Positions 1 through 9,212 of a stretch of 64,000 nt of DNA are shown here, piece after piece. Position 1 is the first letter of the stretch; each line of letters opens with the position of its first letter. Source of the DNA: a virus (Duplodnaviria > Caudoviricetes); IMG/VR virus record IMGVR_UViG_3300021185_003947; one strand, 5' to 3'. The position numbers and the translations under genes are program-made. Below the pieces are notes generated by a model. That model did no database searches. It was not told where the DNA came from and saw only the letters and a list, made by a program, of their open reading frames with translations.

Positions 1-45
1 TTCATCGAATTGCCTAACGCTGAATTGTCCTCTGAGTGTCCACAT
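1..45 (-). CDS. 5' part of an early gene running off the window edge (MWTLRGQFSVRQFDE...)
   Basis: ATG at 45, AAAGGA Shine-Dalgarno 7 nt upstream, open to base 1, sigma70-type promoter at 74-102. Confidence 0.6.
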   Translation of the reverse strand, partial: MWTLRGQFSVRQFDE

Positions 46-73
46 AATATTTCCTTTATCATTTGTTATATTC

Positions 74-102
74 TTTATAATACATTTTAGAGTAAATGTA
101 AA
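74..102 (-). promoter_or_regulatory. sigma70-type early promoter TTTACA-N17-TATAAA
   Basis: -35 at 97-102, -10 at 74-79, 17-bp spacer; near-identical element at 39731-39784. Confidence 0.8.
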
Positions 103-136
103 GGAGTATTTTCAATGTTTTTTATTTTATTTCCAC

Positions 137-165
137 ATAAATAAAGGGCGCCCGAAAGCGCCCTT
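137..165 (-). terminator. Intrinsic terminator downstream of g23
   Basis: Minus strand reads AAGGGCGC-TTTCGG-GCGCCCTT followed by TATTTAT. Confidence 0.7.
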
Positions 166-180
166 GGTAGTTATTCTTAG

Positions 181-205
181 AGAGAGGTTGGTTCCTCTCT
201 TTTTT
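181..205 (+). terminator. Hairpin with a T-tract on the + strand, just past the g23 stop
   Basis: AGAGAGG-TTGGTT-CCTCTCT followed by TTTTT. Confidence 0.4.
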
Positions 206-206
206 C

Positions 207-1553
207 TTATACGTCGAGGATATTATCTACGCGGAAGATTCTGTAGTACTGGTTAGTCTTTGCATTAGCAAGACCGTTTGCTGGAGCGTTTCCAACAAAT
301 GGGTTTGATACCATACCATAACGAGTTTTGAACCCGATACGTGGCTGGAAGTCATTCTCACCTACGGCACGGACCATAGTCAGCGGTACGTATGGGCAAT
401 AGAAGAGACCTGCGTCATAAGCATTGGTACCTTTGTATCCAACGTTAATATAGTCTACAGTTGCATACGGATCGATGTATACTTTGGTACGACCATTAAG
501 AACACCAGCAAAAGTATTACCAGTATCGTCGACTGTCAGGCTATCTTTCAGAGCTGGAGCATAGTCCAACATTCCAGTAGCAGACAAGCAAGAAGCAACA
601 TCAGAAGAAGTAATGATGAAATTACCACGACCTCTACGAGTCAGTTTTGCAATTGCATTTGCTTCACGTTCGATCTGAACCATCAGACCTTTGAAACGCT
701 CTACACTCCAACGACCATCAGCATCATTCTTCAGATCAAAGACACCGTCAACTGCTGTTTGAGATGTAGAAGCACCAGTTCTAGCTTGGCTATTAATAGT
801 ACGGATTACTTCCCGGTTGATTTCAGCAAGAATTTCAGTTGAAAGAATGTTAGCCAGTTCGCTTTCAGCGTCCAGACCGTGGATTGCTTTCAGATCCTGT
901 GCGAGTTCAAGCGAATATTCTGCTTTCAATGCACGTGTTTTTGCTGATACAGTTGCTTTCTCAATGGTGAAACCCATTTCATTGAAAGCAGAGTTAGGAC
1001 TAGTACCAGTAGTACCAAGACCTTCACCGTTTGCTGTATCCATACCACCTCTTGGATGAACAGCTGAACGCTCATCATCGATAGTACCTGAAGTGTTAGC
1101 ATCTGTAAGACCACTAAGACCAGAACCATCAGTGGGCATAGCTGTACCAGATGAATCACCAGAGAACTTGGTATTTGCTTCGTTAAACAGTGCTTCGTCA
1201 TTAGTAGTTACACCACCATTGAAACGTGATTTCATCGCAAAGATCAGTCCAGTTGGACCAGTCATTGGCTGAACACCACAGACGTCATATGCCATCATGT
1301 TGGGCATTGCACGACGTACGAGCGAAATAAGGATTGGATCCCACTTATCGATCGAACCAGTATTTGCACCAGCAGGTGCATCCTCTGTCAAGTAACCTTG
1401 CTGAGCAGAACGGGCTTCTTGAAGAGCTTTTTCTTGGTTTTCAAGAACAACAGCCGTTACCGACTTTCTATATTGATCTTGAATTGTACCGGCTGATTCT
1501 TCGTTCAGAACCGGTGCCCACTTTTCAGTAAGCGATTTGTATGCGTTAGACAT
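207..1553 (-). CDS. gp23: Major capsid protein
   Basis: Typical gp23 motifs KWAPVL, LVRRAMP, GVQPMTGPTGLIFAMK, AGLFYCPYVPL, FQPRIGFKTRYG. Confidence 0.99.
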   Translation of the reverse strand: MSNAYKSLTEKWAPVLNEESAGTIQDQYRKSVTAVVLENQEKALQEARSAQQGYLTEDAPAGANTGSIDKWDPILISLVRRAMPNMMAYDVCGVQPMTGPTGLIFAMKSRFNGGVTTNDEALFNEANTKFSGDSSGTAMPTDGSGLSGLTDANTSGTIDDERSAVHPRGGMDTANGEGLGTTGTSPNSAFNEMGFTIEKATVSAKTRALKAEYSLELAQDLKAIHGLDAESELANILSTEILAEINREVIRTINSQARTGASTSQTAVDGVFDLKNDADGRWSVERFKGLMVQIEREANAIAKLTRRGRGNFIITSSDVASCLSATGMLDYAPALKDSLTVDDTGNTFAGVLNGRTKVYIDPYATVDYINVGYKGTNAYDAGLFYCPYVPLTMVRAVGENDFQPRIGFKTRYGMVSNPFVGNAPANGLANAKTNQYYRIFRVDNILDV

Positions 1554-1564
1554 CTTTTGTCTCC

Positions 1565-2716
1565 TTAGTTATTTGATCTGATTGCAGTTAGATATTGGTC
1601 CATCCGTGTGCTTGTTACAACTTCTTCACCATCATCGAGCTCATTAGCTTCGGTGATTGATTGGCTAGGTGTAGAAGCTTCAACTTCTACTTGAGGTTGA
1701 TCTGAAAAGTAAGATTCTACAAGAGTATCTACTTTAGCAGCAAATGCTTCAGATGATTCAAAATCAATTGATTCTGCAAGTTTAGTTAGTTTGTCGGCTT
1801 GAGTTCCAGCAAGATCTTTTGAAGCTTCTGCAATAATTGCATGCCGCTCAAGATTTTGCATTTCAGATCTCATTTCGATGATAGTAGATGTTTCTTGATT
1901 GAGTTTTTCTTCCAGAGCAATTACCTGCTCAGCAAGATCATCAACAAGATCAACTTTGGATTCTGGAACTTCGATGTAAGATTCAGTGAACAAGTCTTTC
2001 AGACTTCCCATGAATGTTTCAGCGATTTCAGTTCTAAGACCGGATTCAACAGCCAGTCTATTTTCTTCCATCCATGTTTCAACAACGTAGTTTAGATAAC
2101 CGTCGACTTTTTCGACAAGCTCTTCACGTGCTTCAACGACAGCTTCAGAGATTTCAGAAGTATATTGTTCTTCCAGCTCTTCTACTTTTTCAGCAATAAG
2201 GGTTGCAGTGACAAGTTCCATATCTGCAGCTTTTTCCATAATTTTGGAATTAACAGCAGCTTCGAAAATTGTAGAAGCTTTACCTTTAAAGTCGTCTGAA
2301 AGAGTTGCTTCGGATTCAACCAAAGCTTCCAGATCGTCATCAAAGTTATACTCTACCAATTCTTCATCGGACTCATCTAGATCCAAGTCAGTGCCAAATG
2401 CTTCTTGATACAATGTATTAATAACATCAGCAGGCAAAGCTGCCAACTTAGTCATATTTTCCATTTTGTTTTCGTATCCGTATCCAGCATTCAGTTTTTG
2501 CATTGGTTCTTGACCGGAAGTATCACCGTTTTTGGCTTTACTTGTTCCGGCCGCGCCTTTTTTAGCTTGGGCTTTAGGATCAGTCTTTGTCATTCCATCA
2601 GTTTCGGAATGATCAGGGTCTGGTGCCTTACCTTTTGTAGTTGGTGCCTTAGCCTCGTCCACAACTTCCGTTGCTTCATCGAGGTCGACATCCTGTTCGT
2701 AATTTTGATCAGTCAT
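1565..2716 (-). CDS. gp22: Prohead core scaffold protein
   Basis: Acidic and helical; KASTIFEAAV, VDGYLNYVVETWMEEN, LFTESYIEVPE motifs; lies between gp21 and gp23. Confidence 0.95.
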   Translation of the reverse strand: MTDQNYEQDVDLDEATEVVDEAKAPTTKGKAPDPDHSETDGMTKTDPKAQAKKGAAGTSKAKNGDTSGQEPMQKLNAGYGYENKMENMTKLAALPADVINTLYQEAFGTDLDLDESDEELVEYNFDDDLEALVESEATLSDDFKGKASTIFEAAVNSKIMEKAADMELVTATLIAEKVEELEEQYTSEISEAVVEAREELVEKVDGYLNYVVETWMEENRLAVESGLRTEIAETFMGSLKDLFTESYIEVPESKVDLVDDLAEQVIALEEKLNQETSTIIEMRSEMQNLERHAIIAEASKDLAGTQADKLTKLAESIDFESSEAFAAKVDTLVESYFSDQPQVEVEASTPSQSITEANELDDGEEVVTSTRMDQYLTAIRSNN

Positions 2717-2731
2717 GTTTTGACTCCTCTA

Positions 2732-3382
2732 TTATTTAAGCAACGAGAGGAAATTCTTAAACTCACGAGTTTGTACTTCATACAATCTCGATCGTGGAGC
2801 TTTCTTAATTTCAGTCTCAATCTTTTCAATGTCTCGAGCTTCTATCACGCCATTGTTCCATATCCAGTCGACCCCCTCCATAATGCCATTAACGAAAGCG
2901 TCTGGGGCGGATGGATCTTGAACAATGTCAACCGTTGCTAACATAAAATCTTCTTTTACATAGTTGGTTCCATTACGATTCTCTAGACTTCCCATACCAC
3001 GAGTTGATACACCTAGTTGAACGCCACCATCGAGTAAACCTTTAACGATCTGCCCCATTGGAGTGTCTAATATAAGTGCCTTACCCATCACGTTATTACC
3101 GGACCAATTTAGTTCGGTAATGCGATGGGATACTTTGTCTAAGTTTACAGTGGGACCATCTGGATGGTTCAATTCACCTACTGCTCTCTTAGGAATTACT
3201 TGTTCTTTGTTATACTTAGCGATTGCTTTTTCCATAATAGCTTTTGGATAAATTCTGCCATTACGGTTTTTGCTTTCAGCTTGTGCGAAAATACCTTCAA
3301 TTACATGATTTTTTCCACCGTTTTCGGTAGCTTCTGTCATATAAGATATTTCTTGATCTTGGTATTCTGCAATTAATTTCAT
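2732..3382 (-). CDS. gp21: Prohead protease
   Basis: IEGIFAQAESKNRNGRIYP, GELNHP, GVSTRGMGS, DIVQDPSAPDAFV. Confidence 0.98.
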   Translation of the reverse strand: MKLIAEYQDQEISYMTEATENGGKNHVIEGIFAQAESKNRNGRIYPKAIMEKAIAKYNKEQVIPKRAVGELNHPDGPTVNLDKVSHRITELNWSGNNVMGKALILDTPMGQIVKGLLDGGVQLGVSTRGMGSLENRNGTNYVKEDFMLATVDIVQDPSAPDAFVNGIMEGVDWIWNNGVIEARDIEKIETEIKKAPRSRLYEVQTREFKNFLSLLK

Positions 3383-3397
3383 TTTTTTTACCTTATT

Positions 3398-3823
3398 TTA
3401 ACCTACACGGTATTCAACACCGTCGTCTTCAGGTGCATTATGTGGTACATGCATGTCTGCTGCTGCATGTGCTTTTTTTGATGCATCATTTGCCTTTTCA
3501 GTTGGCCGCTTCATTCTTTTACCGCCCATTTGATCGTGACCTTGCTGTGGATTTTTACCTAATTTTGCATAATGATCTGCAGCACTGTAATGAAAAGCTG
3601 CAGCTTCACGATGTGCATAATGAGCTTCACTTTCTGTAGGAAACTCCTCTGCATCCTTTTCATGTTGGTATCCACGGTCTTCATGGTGTATTTCTTGCCG
3701 CTCGGCAAAATTTTTCACATGCTTAATGTCTCTATGACTCAATTCGGCGTCGTGGGGGTGATTGTGAAGTGGATACTGTGCCGCCTCATTAACTTCATTC
3801 ATAAAATTAGTAAATGTTTTCAT
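3398..3823 (-). CDS. His/Ala-rich probable internal head protein
   Basis: Likely start at 3823 (GGAGG RBS, directly after upstream TAA) giving MKTFTNFMNEVNE, which resembles the T4 capsid-targeting sequence; 16 His. Confidence 0.6.
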   Translation of the reverse strand: MKTFTNFMNEVNEAAQYPLHNHPHDAELSHRDIKHVKNFAERQEIHHEDRGYQHEKDAEEFPTESEAHYAHREAAAFHYSAADHYAKLGKNPQQGHDQMGGKRMKRPTEKANDASKKAHAAADMHVPHNAPEDDGVEYRVG

Positions 3824-3824
3824 T

Positions 3825-4094
3825 TTATCCTCCAAGATACCCGACGGGTACTAGTTTAACTGTTGCAGCTGCCGCGAATATTTTCTCGTCAGAATTTTTA
3901 TTTAAGTAAATTACTTCTTTTGGTCCAATAGTAGCAGTTCCAATAGTAACACCTGCTGCTGTACAACGTGTTACCAAAAGACTAGCAGTATGGCTATTGA
4001 ATACCCTTACACATTTTGCGCTGGAAAGATTGGTTGCAGCTCCATGCGTAGTAGCCGCATTTACTTCTGAACCCATGAGTGTAACCATTGTCAT
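3825..4094 (-). CDS. Small beta-rich hypothetical protein in the head cluster
   Basis: 89-aa ORF with AGGAAAA RBS, coupled to its neighbours; function not recognised. Confidence 0.7.
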   Translation of the reverse strand: MTMVTLMGSEVNAATTHGAATNLSSAKCVRVFNSHTASLLVTRCTAAGVTIGTATIGPKEVIYLNKNSDEKIFAAAATVKLVPVGYLGG

Positions 4095-4106
4095 ATTATT
4101 TTTCCT

Positions 4107-4574
4107 TTAACTTTCTTTAAGCGCGTTGTGCCCACGCTTAGTAAGATCTGATATTTTTTCAGCTGCTTCACCGTGATCAGCTTTGTGAAAAAAACTCTTT
4201 TTTTGACTTGCCAAGCTTCGACCTGGGTTTACATCACCTGATAGGCCTGTATGTTGTGCAGCAATCATATTGTGTTCACTACTTTTTTCTTTGTTACCTA
4301 TAAATCCGTGCACATTCGCAAGACCTGTATGAAACTTGGATAATTCATTATGATGGGTACTAAGAGCATTCAGATGTTTCTTTTCTTTTTCACTATGCAT
4401 GCCTTCACTATTTTTATACTTATTGTGAATTTTATTAATAGCGTCTGTATGTTCTTTATATACCGATACATGAGGACCTACAAGATGAAGACTACTTACA
4501 TCTTTGTCTTCTCTTATATTTTGCAGCAAAGAAGCATATGTCGTAAGTCGTTTTTCATTATTATTACTAAACAT
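4107..4574 (-). CDS. His-rich helical hypothetical protein, possibly internal head protein
   Basis: GGAGG RBS; 15 His, several spaced 7 residues apart. Confidence 0.6.
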   Translation of the reverse strand: MFSNNNEKRLTTYASLLQNIREDKDVSSLHLVGPHVSVYKEHTDAINKIHNKYKNSEGMHSEKEKKHLNALSTHHNELSKFHTGLANVHGFIGNKEKSSEHNMIAAQHTGLSGDVNPGRSLASQKKSFFHKADHGEAAEKISDLTKRGHNALKES

Positions 4575-4577
4575 TTG

Positions 4578-4790
4578 CTACCTCCCTTTGTACTGCTTAA
4601 TGAATTCTTTAGCCATTGCCATAGCTTCTTTTTCATTTGGATATGTGTCTAATTCATCGCCGTCAATCATTGTTTTAAATTTATTATGTGCAAGTTTATG
4701 AATGACTACATTTTTGCGGCCAATCTTTACTTTTTTAACTATATTAGAAGCTTCTTGTAAATTAGCTTTTAATTCTTTAAACTTAAGCAT
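4578..4790 (-). CDS. Small basic prohead core protein (gp68-like position)
   Basis: MLKFKELKANLQEA N-terminus; second small gene after the portal. Confidence 0.55.
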   Translation of the reverse strand: MLKFKELKANLQEASNIVKKVKIGRKNVVIHKLAHNKFKTMIDGDELDTYPNEKEAMAMAKEFIKQYKGR

Positions 4791-5037
4791 CTACCATTTC
4801 TTCCTGATCGCCACCAAATATATTACTAGAAACACTAATTCTTTCTTGCTCAATTGCATCACTTAATCTATCATTTAACTGACTTGAAAATATATTAGAA
4901 GCAGACGACAAATCTCCATCACCAATTGCATTAACCATATCCATTAAAGGATTAGCTTCAACTTCTGGCTCATCGAGATCCATATCTTCTTCTGCTGTAG
5001 TTTCAATTTCATAATCATTTTCAAATTCATCTTCCAT
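4783..5037 (-). CDS. gp67: Small acidic prohead core protein (gp67-like)
   Basis: Very acidic 84 aa directly after gp20, with its own late promoter. Confidence 0.55.
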   Translation of the reverse strand: MEDEFENDYEIETTAEEDMDLDEPEVEANPLMDMVNAIGDGDLSSASNIFSSQLNDRLSDAIEQERISVSSNIFGGDQEEMVDA

Positions 5038-5060
5038 TGTATTCTCCGCTTATTTAGTTA

Positions 5061-5068
5061 TATTTATA
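5061..5068 (-). promoter_or_regulatory. T4 late promoter TATAAATA
   Basis: Exact consensus upstream of the gp67-like gene. Confidence 0.85.
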
Positions 5069-5093
5069 CATTTAAATCTTTTAAATAATATTT

Positions 5094-6731
5094 TTATTGT
5101 TGTGGTGGCTCTTCAGTAGCTTGTTGTTGGCTCATTTGTTGTTGAATTGCAGCTTGTTGATCTGCTTGCTGTTGTTGTGCACTCATATGATTTTGTATAG
5201 CTTCATCTTCTCGTTCTTTGTTTTTATCTTCTAACTCATCAACTTTATCTTCTAATTCTTTTATATCTTCTTCAGATAACTTTAAAACATTTTTCATAAC
5301 CCAGTCTTTTGTAAAATACTCTCCTACATATTGACTAACCATATCTAATGTTTGTACTCTTTCTTTTAAAATTTCTGATTCTTTTAATTCTACAAAATGA
5401 TTATCTCTATTATAGTTAACTCGAATATCTTTTTCCCATTTTGCCCAATCTGCTTCAGTTATAACTTTCTTAAGTACAAGTTGTTTTTTAAGAATTCGTA
5501 AAAACAAATGAGAAAATCTATTACGAAGTCTATCAATAAACTTCTGAAACTTAACTTCATCTCTACTAATTTCAGTTGATCTTCCAATACTAAAACCATT
5601 ATTTTCTTGATCTAATCTTTGTAATGGAACATTTAAAGCCTTATACAAACGTTTTTGAAAGTAAATGATGTCATCAATCTGTCCTAGGTTGTCACCACCT
5701 GGAAGGCTTGAAATCTCAGTACTTCTATTACCTTCTCGGCGAGGTAACCAGAAATCTTCAAGCATTGACATATGTTTACGATCATCTCGTAAGTCACCAG
5801 TATTAGCATCATATACTAGTTTATTACGATATTTAGCCATAATATTTTTCATATATTCTTCGGCTTTACCTTTTGGAAGATTACCAACATCGATGTAAAA
5901 AATTCTTCTTTCCGGAGCTCGAGCTAGTCTATAAATGACAAGCGAGTCTTCCATCATTCTTAATTGATTAACAGGCTTAATAGCCTTCTGTAAATGCGAA
6001 AGAACTTTTTTTCTTTTTTCATCTAATAAACCTGATGTGACATAACTAATAGAATCTTCAGTAAATTTGACAGCCTGCCTATTTTGTGATGTATTAATAG
6101 ATCCAGCTCCACCTTTTCCAGGTGTTTCTTGATAAATGTAATACTCTTTTACGTTTTCAATAATATCAGCATTTGTTAATGGATCTTTTTTCTTTTTAAC
6201 TTCTTTTACTTTACGCATTTTTGGAGAATCAATAAATCGAATATCTTGAATACCCATTTTTTCATTATTTGGATCTACCACTAAATGATGATAAATTTTG
6301 CCATCAATATACCATCTGCGAAAGATATCATGGCCATCTTCTATAAAATTTAACATTCTTAAAATATTAGCAAATTCTTCTGTAATTTGTTCTTTAATAC
6401 TTTCACTGGCTTCAATTTTTTCTAGTTCAATTGATACTCCAGGACTTTCTTCATCTATAACAATTGATTCATTTACAATATCTTCAATTGCAGCATCACA
6501 TTCTGGATGTATAGCAACACCTCTATATTTCATTACTAATTGATAATTATCTTTAGATCCACTACCATCAATATCTACGTATTGGCCAAAATGCCCAGCT
6601 CCTGAAGCAGTCACATAACCTGCACCATCGTCGTCCTTTGCAGTAACAACTGATTTTAGCTTTTCTTCTTTGTCTTTTGATCCAGATCTTTTTATTTCAA
6701 AACCAAAAAGCTTAAGTGAATTATCTGCCAT
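5094..6731 (-). CDS. gp20: Portal vertex protein
   Basis: NQLRMMEDSLVIYRLARAPERRIFYIDVGNLP, EDFWLPRREG, LYKALNVP. Confidence 0.99.
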   Translation of the reverse strand: MADNSLKLFGFEIKRSGSKDKEEKLKSVVTAKDDDGAGYVTASGAGHFGQYVDIDGSGSKDNYQLVMKYRGVAIHPECDAAIEDIVNESIVIDEESPGVSIELEKIEASESIKEQITEEFANILRMLNFIEDGHDIFRRWYIDGKIYHHLVVDPNNEKMGIQDIRFIDSPKMRKVKEVKKKKDPLTNADIIENVKEYYIYQETPGKGGAGSINTSQNRQAVKFTEDSISYVTSGLLDEKRKKVLSHLQKAIKPVNQLRMMEDSLVIYRLARAPERRIFYIDVGNLPKGKAEEYMKNIMAKYRNKLVYDANTGDLRDDRKHMSMLEDFWLPRREGNRSTEISSLPGGDNLGQIDDIIYFQKRLYKALNVPLQRLDQENNGFSIGRSTEISRDEVKFQKFIDRLRNRFSHLFLRILKKQLVLKKVITEADWAKWEKDIRVNYNRDNHFVELKESEILKERVQTLDMVSQYVGEYFTKDWVMKNVLKLSEEDIKELEDKVDELEDKNKEREDEAIQNHMSAQQQQADQQAAIQQQMSQQQATEEPPQQ

Positions 6732-6752
6732 AATTAATCCTTTAAATACATT

Positions 6753-6782
6753 GGTAAGGGGGAAAGTATTTCCCCCTATACC
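6753..6782. terminator. GC-rich stem-loop between g19 and g20 (terminator or processing site)
   Basis: GGTA-AGGGGGAA...TTCCCCCT-A-TACC inverted repeat; only a weak U-tract on the minus strand. Confidence 0.55.
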
Positions 6783-6810
6783 TTTTCAATTAGTACTATT
6801 TATTACTTAA

Positions 6811-7362
6811 TTAAGAAGTAACTTTTTGACCAGTACCTGTTCCTGTGAAACTTTCCCAGTATTGTACCTGAAAACTGACGCCAAATTCTTCTACAGTATC
6901 ATTATTACCGTATGCAAGCTGTATTTCAGAAACATTTGTTGGAAAACACCCTCTAAATATATAAGTATATAGAGTTGATTCATTTTTATCAAGTTGCTCA
7001 ACAGTTAAATCAGCTTGATAGTCTAACGGTGAAGTAACACCTGTATTTGTTTGGTGAGCATTCATAGAGTTCATCCAAATTTCCATACTTTTTCTTACTT
7101 CGAAATTAGTATCGTTAATGATATTTACTGACCAAGGCTCAAATGTTCTATCACCAGCCATGTATAACATTCTGCCGCGATATGGAACAGTAACTGGATT
7201 AATAGTAGATGCTGGTAGTTGTCCGGCATTACACATAAATGATGTTAGTTCAACATCACCAGTCATGATTCTTGGATAAGCAAGTGTGATTTTAAACAGA
7301 TTCGGGCGAGCGCCTCCACCTGCTAATTTAGCTTTAAATTGGTCTACACCTAAAATTGCCAT
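6811..7362 (-). CDS. gp19: Tail tube protein
   Basis: GGGARPNLF, GDRTFEPW, GCFPTNVSEI, EEFGVSFQVQYW. Confidence 0.97.
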   Translation of the reverse strand: MAILGVDQFKAKLAGGGARPNLFKITLAYPRIMTGDVELTSFMCNAGQLPASTINPVTVPYRGRMLYMAGDRTFEPWSVNIINDTNFEVRKSMEIWMNSMNAHQTNTGVTSPLDYQADLTVEQLDKNESTLYTYIFRGCFPTNVSEIQLAYGNNDTVEEFGVSFQVQYWESFTGTGTGQKVTS

Positions 7363-7379
7363 TTTATTCTCCTATCCCT

Positions 7380-9128
7380 TTATGTAGCCTGACCAACAAC
7401 TTCTTCAAACGAAACACCGGTGCGAACAGCAACGAAGTTAAGAGTGATAAAGTTAATGGACCGCGCTGGTTTAATAAAGAGACTTGCTACAAATTGATTT
7501 GTATCAATAATCGATGGAGTATTATTTGTCTCATCGGCCAATAGCCTAAAGTCAGTAATACCTCTTCGACCTTTTATATCTCTCAATAATGGTTCAATGA
7601 TATTTACAAATTCTGCTCTTGTAAATTCATCATTAAATTCGAATAGAATATTTTTAGCAGCTTCTGCAATGGCTCTTTCGATAACCAAGAAGAGTCTACG
7701 AACATTAATTCTATCAAATGCTGATGGTCTATCTAAGTGTGTTTTATCACCAAATAATAGAATACCGTTTCCAGGCATATTAGTTACTGGATTAATACCA
7801 TTTCTATAAAGCTCATCTCTTTGAGATTTATTAGGTGAATAAGCTAATCCAGTTACACCAAAATATTGACCTCTTCGTGTACCAGCTGGTGACACCCAAG
7901 GAGCAAAATTATTATCAGTAGCTGCACATAGGCCAGCTGTTGATGATGCTGCAGGAATATGAATATACTTATCATTGTATTTATCATACACTTTTAAGAA
8001 GTTATTATCTACAGATAGATATGAGCTTCTTGTTAAGTTTTTAAGACCAGTTAAAATAGAAGCATTTGCTGTTGCTGGGCTATTAACAACACCAGTTCTC
8101 ATTGGAGAAGCAAAAACCATACAATCTTTTCTAGTTTGAGCAGCTATGCTTGTTAAGTGATTAGTAAGAGTAACATGATCTGTAGAACCATTTAAACTTG
8201 GTGCAATTATAAAATCAACTAGATACTGATTAGGATCATCAATTAAATCATAACATAGTTGATAATCGCCAACTTCTAAAGGATCACTATTTTCACCAGT
8301 GGTTAGTGTGACAGCTACTGGAGCAGATAGTTTCATATCACTCGTCGTTGTTGCTGCTGCACCGGAACCAACTCCCATACCGGTTGGGAATGTAACCATT
8401 CGAATATATTGTGATCTAATATTAATAGCATCAACAATATAATTATTGGTACCGTCGGCGTTTTGAGCACCTTTAGCTTGTGAAACATATGGATATGTTT
8501 CTAAAACTGACATTTTAATTCCAGAAATAAGTCCAGTTGTATCAATAACTGCTACATGTACTTCATCATTTTTACCGCCAATATTTGCAGTATGAGCTGA
8601 TGTTCCTGGACCTGTATCATAGTTATTTTTGTATGCCCAGGCATTAAAGTCTGTGTGATATGTAGCATTTGTAGGATCAGCGTGGTTTGATCCAATTATT
8701 TCTACTTTTATTGAATTTCCTAAATCACCAGGATGTCTTGCTATAAATGTGTGACCAACTGCTGTGGCAGAAGATATTTGTGATTCAAAATCTGTATCAT
8801 TTTTAACTGTGATATCATCTCTTGTACCCCCGGCTTCAAAAGCATTTACTCCTGTATTTGAATCCATGCCTCTAATAACAAGTAAGTCACTTGAATACCT
8901 CAAATAATATGAGGCGCTATGAAAGTCTACTGAATTTGTATCATTTGGTGTTCCAAATGTAGCTACTAAAGTACCTTCATTGTTTATGAGAATCGGTTCG
9001 TTTACAGGACCCCAACGAAAATCGCCTACAATAACACCTGTAGAAGTAGGTACATTGGGTACGCCATTTGTTAAGTCAATTTCTCTTGTAACTACTGCCG
9101 GAGACTCTGATGGTGCATATATTGCCAT
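7380..9128 (-). CDS. gp18: Contractile tail sheath protein
   Basis: SPAVVTREIDLT, FRWGPV, PWVSPAG, SAFDRINVRRLFL, FEFNDEFTR, PARSINFITLNF. Confidence 0.99.
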   Translation of the reverse strand: MAIYAPSESPAVVTREIDLTNGVPNVPTSTGVIVGDFRWGPVNEPILINNEGTLVATFGTPNDTNSVDFHSASYYLRYSSDLLVIRGMDSNTGVNAFEAGGTRDDITVKNDTDFESQISSATAVGHTFIARHPGDLGNSIKVEIIGSNHADPTNATYHTDFNAWAYKNNYDTGPGTSAHTANIGGKNDEVHVAVIDTTGLISGIKMSVLETYPYVSQAKGAQNADGTNNYIVDAINIRSQYIRMVTFPTGMGVGSGAAATTTSDMKLSAPVAVTLTTGENSDPLEVGDYQLCYDLIDDPNQYLVDFIIAPSLNGSTDHVTLTNHLTSIAAQTRKDCMVFASPMRTGVVNSPATANASILTGLKNLTRSSYLSVDNNFLKVYDKYNDKYIHIPAASSTAGLCAATDNNFAPWVSPAGTRRGQYFGVTGLAYSPNKSQRDELYRNGINPVTNMPGNGILLFGDKTHLDRPSAFDRINVRRLFLVIERAIAEAAKNILFEFNDEFTRAEFVNIIEPLLRDIKGRRGITDFRLLADETNNTPSIIDTNQFVASLFIKPARSINFITLNFVAVRTGVSFEEVVGQAT

Positions 9129-9193
9129 GTCGTTTCCTTTTCCAATCTAATTGAATTATAAGTTTCATAATACGGTTGTTTATCAATTACCTA

Positions 9194-9201
9194 TATTTAT
9201 A
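9194..9201 (-). promoter_or_regulatory. T4 late promoter TATAAATA
   Basis: Exact consensus upstream of gp18. Confidence 0.85.
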
Positions 9202-9212
9202 TACATATGATT

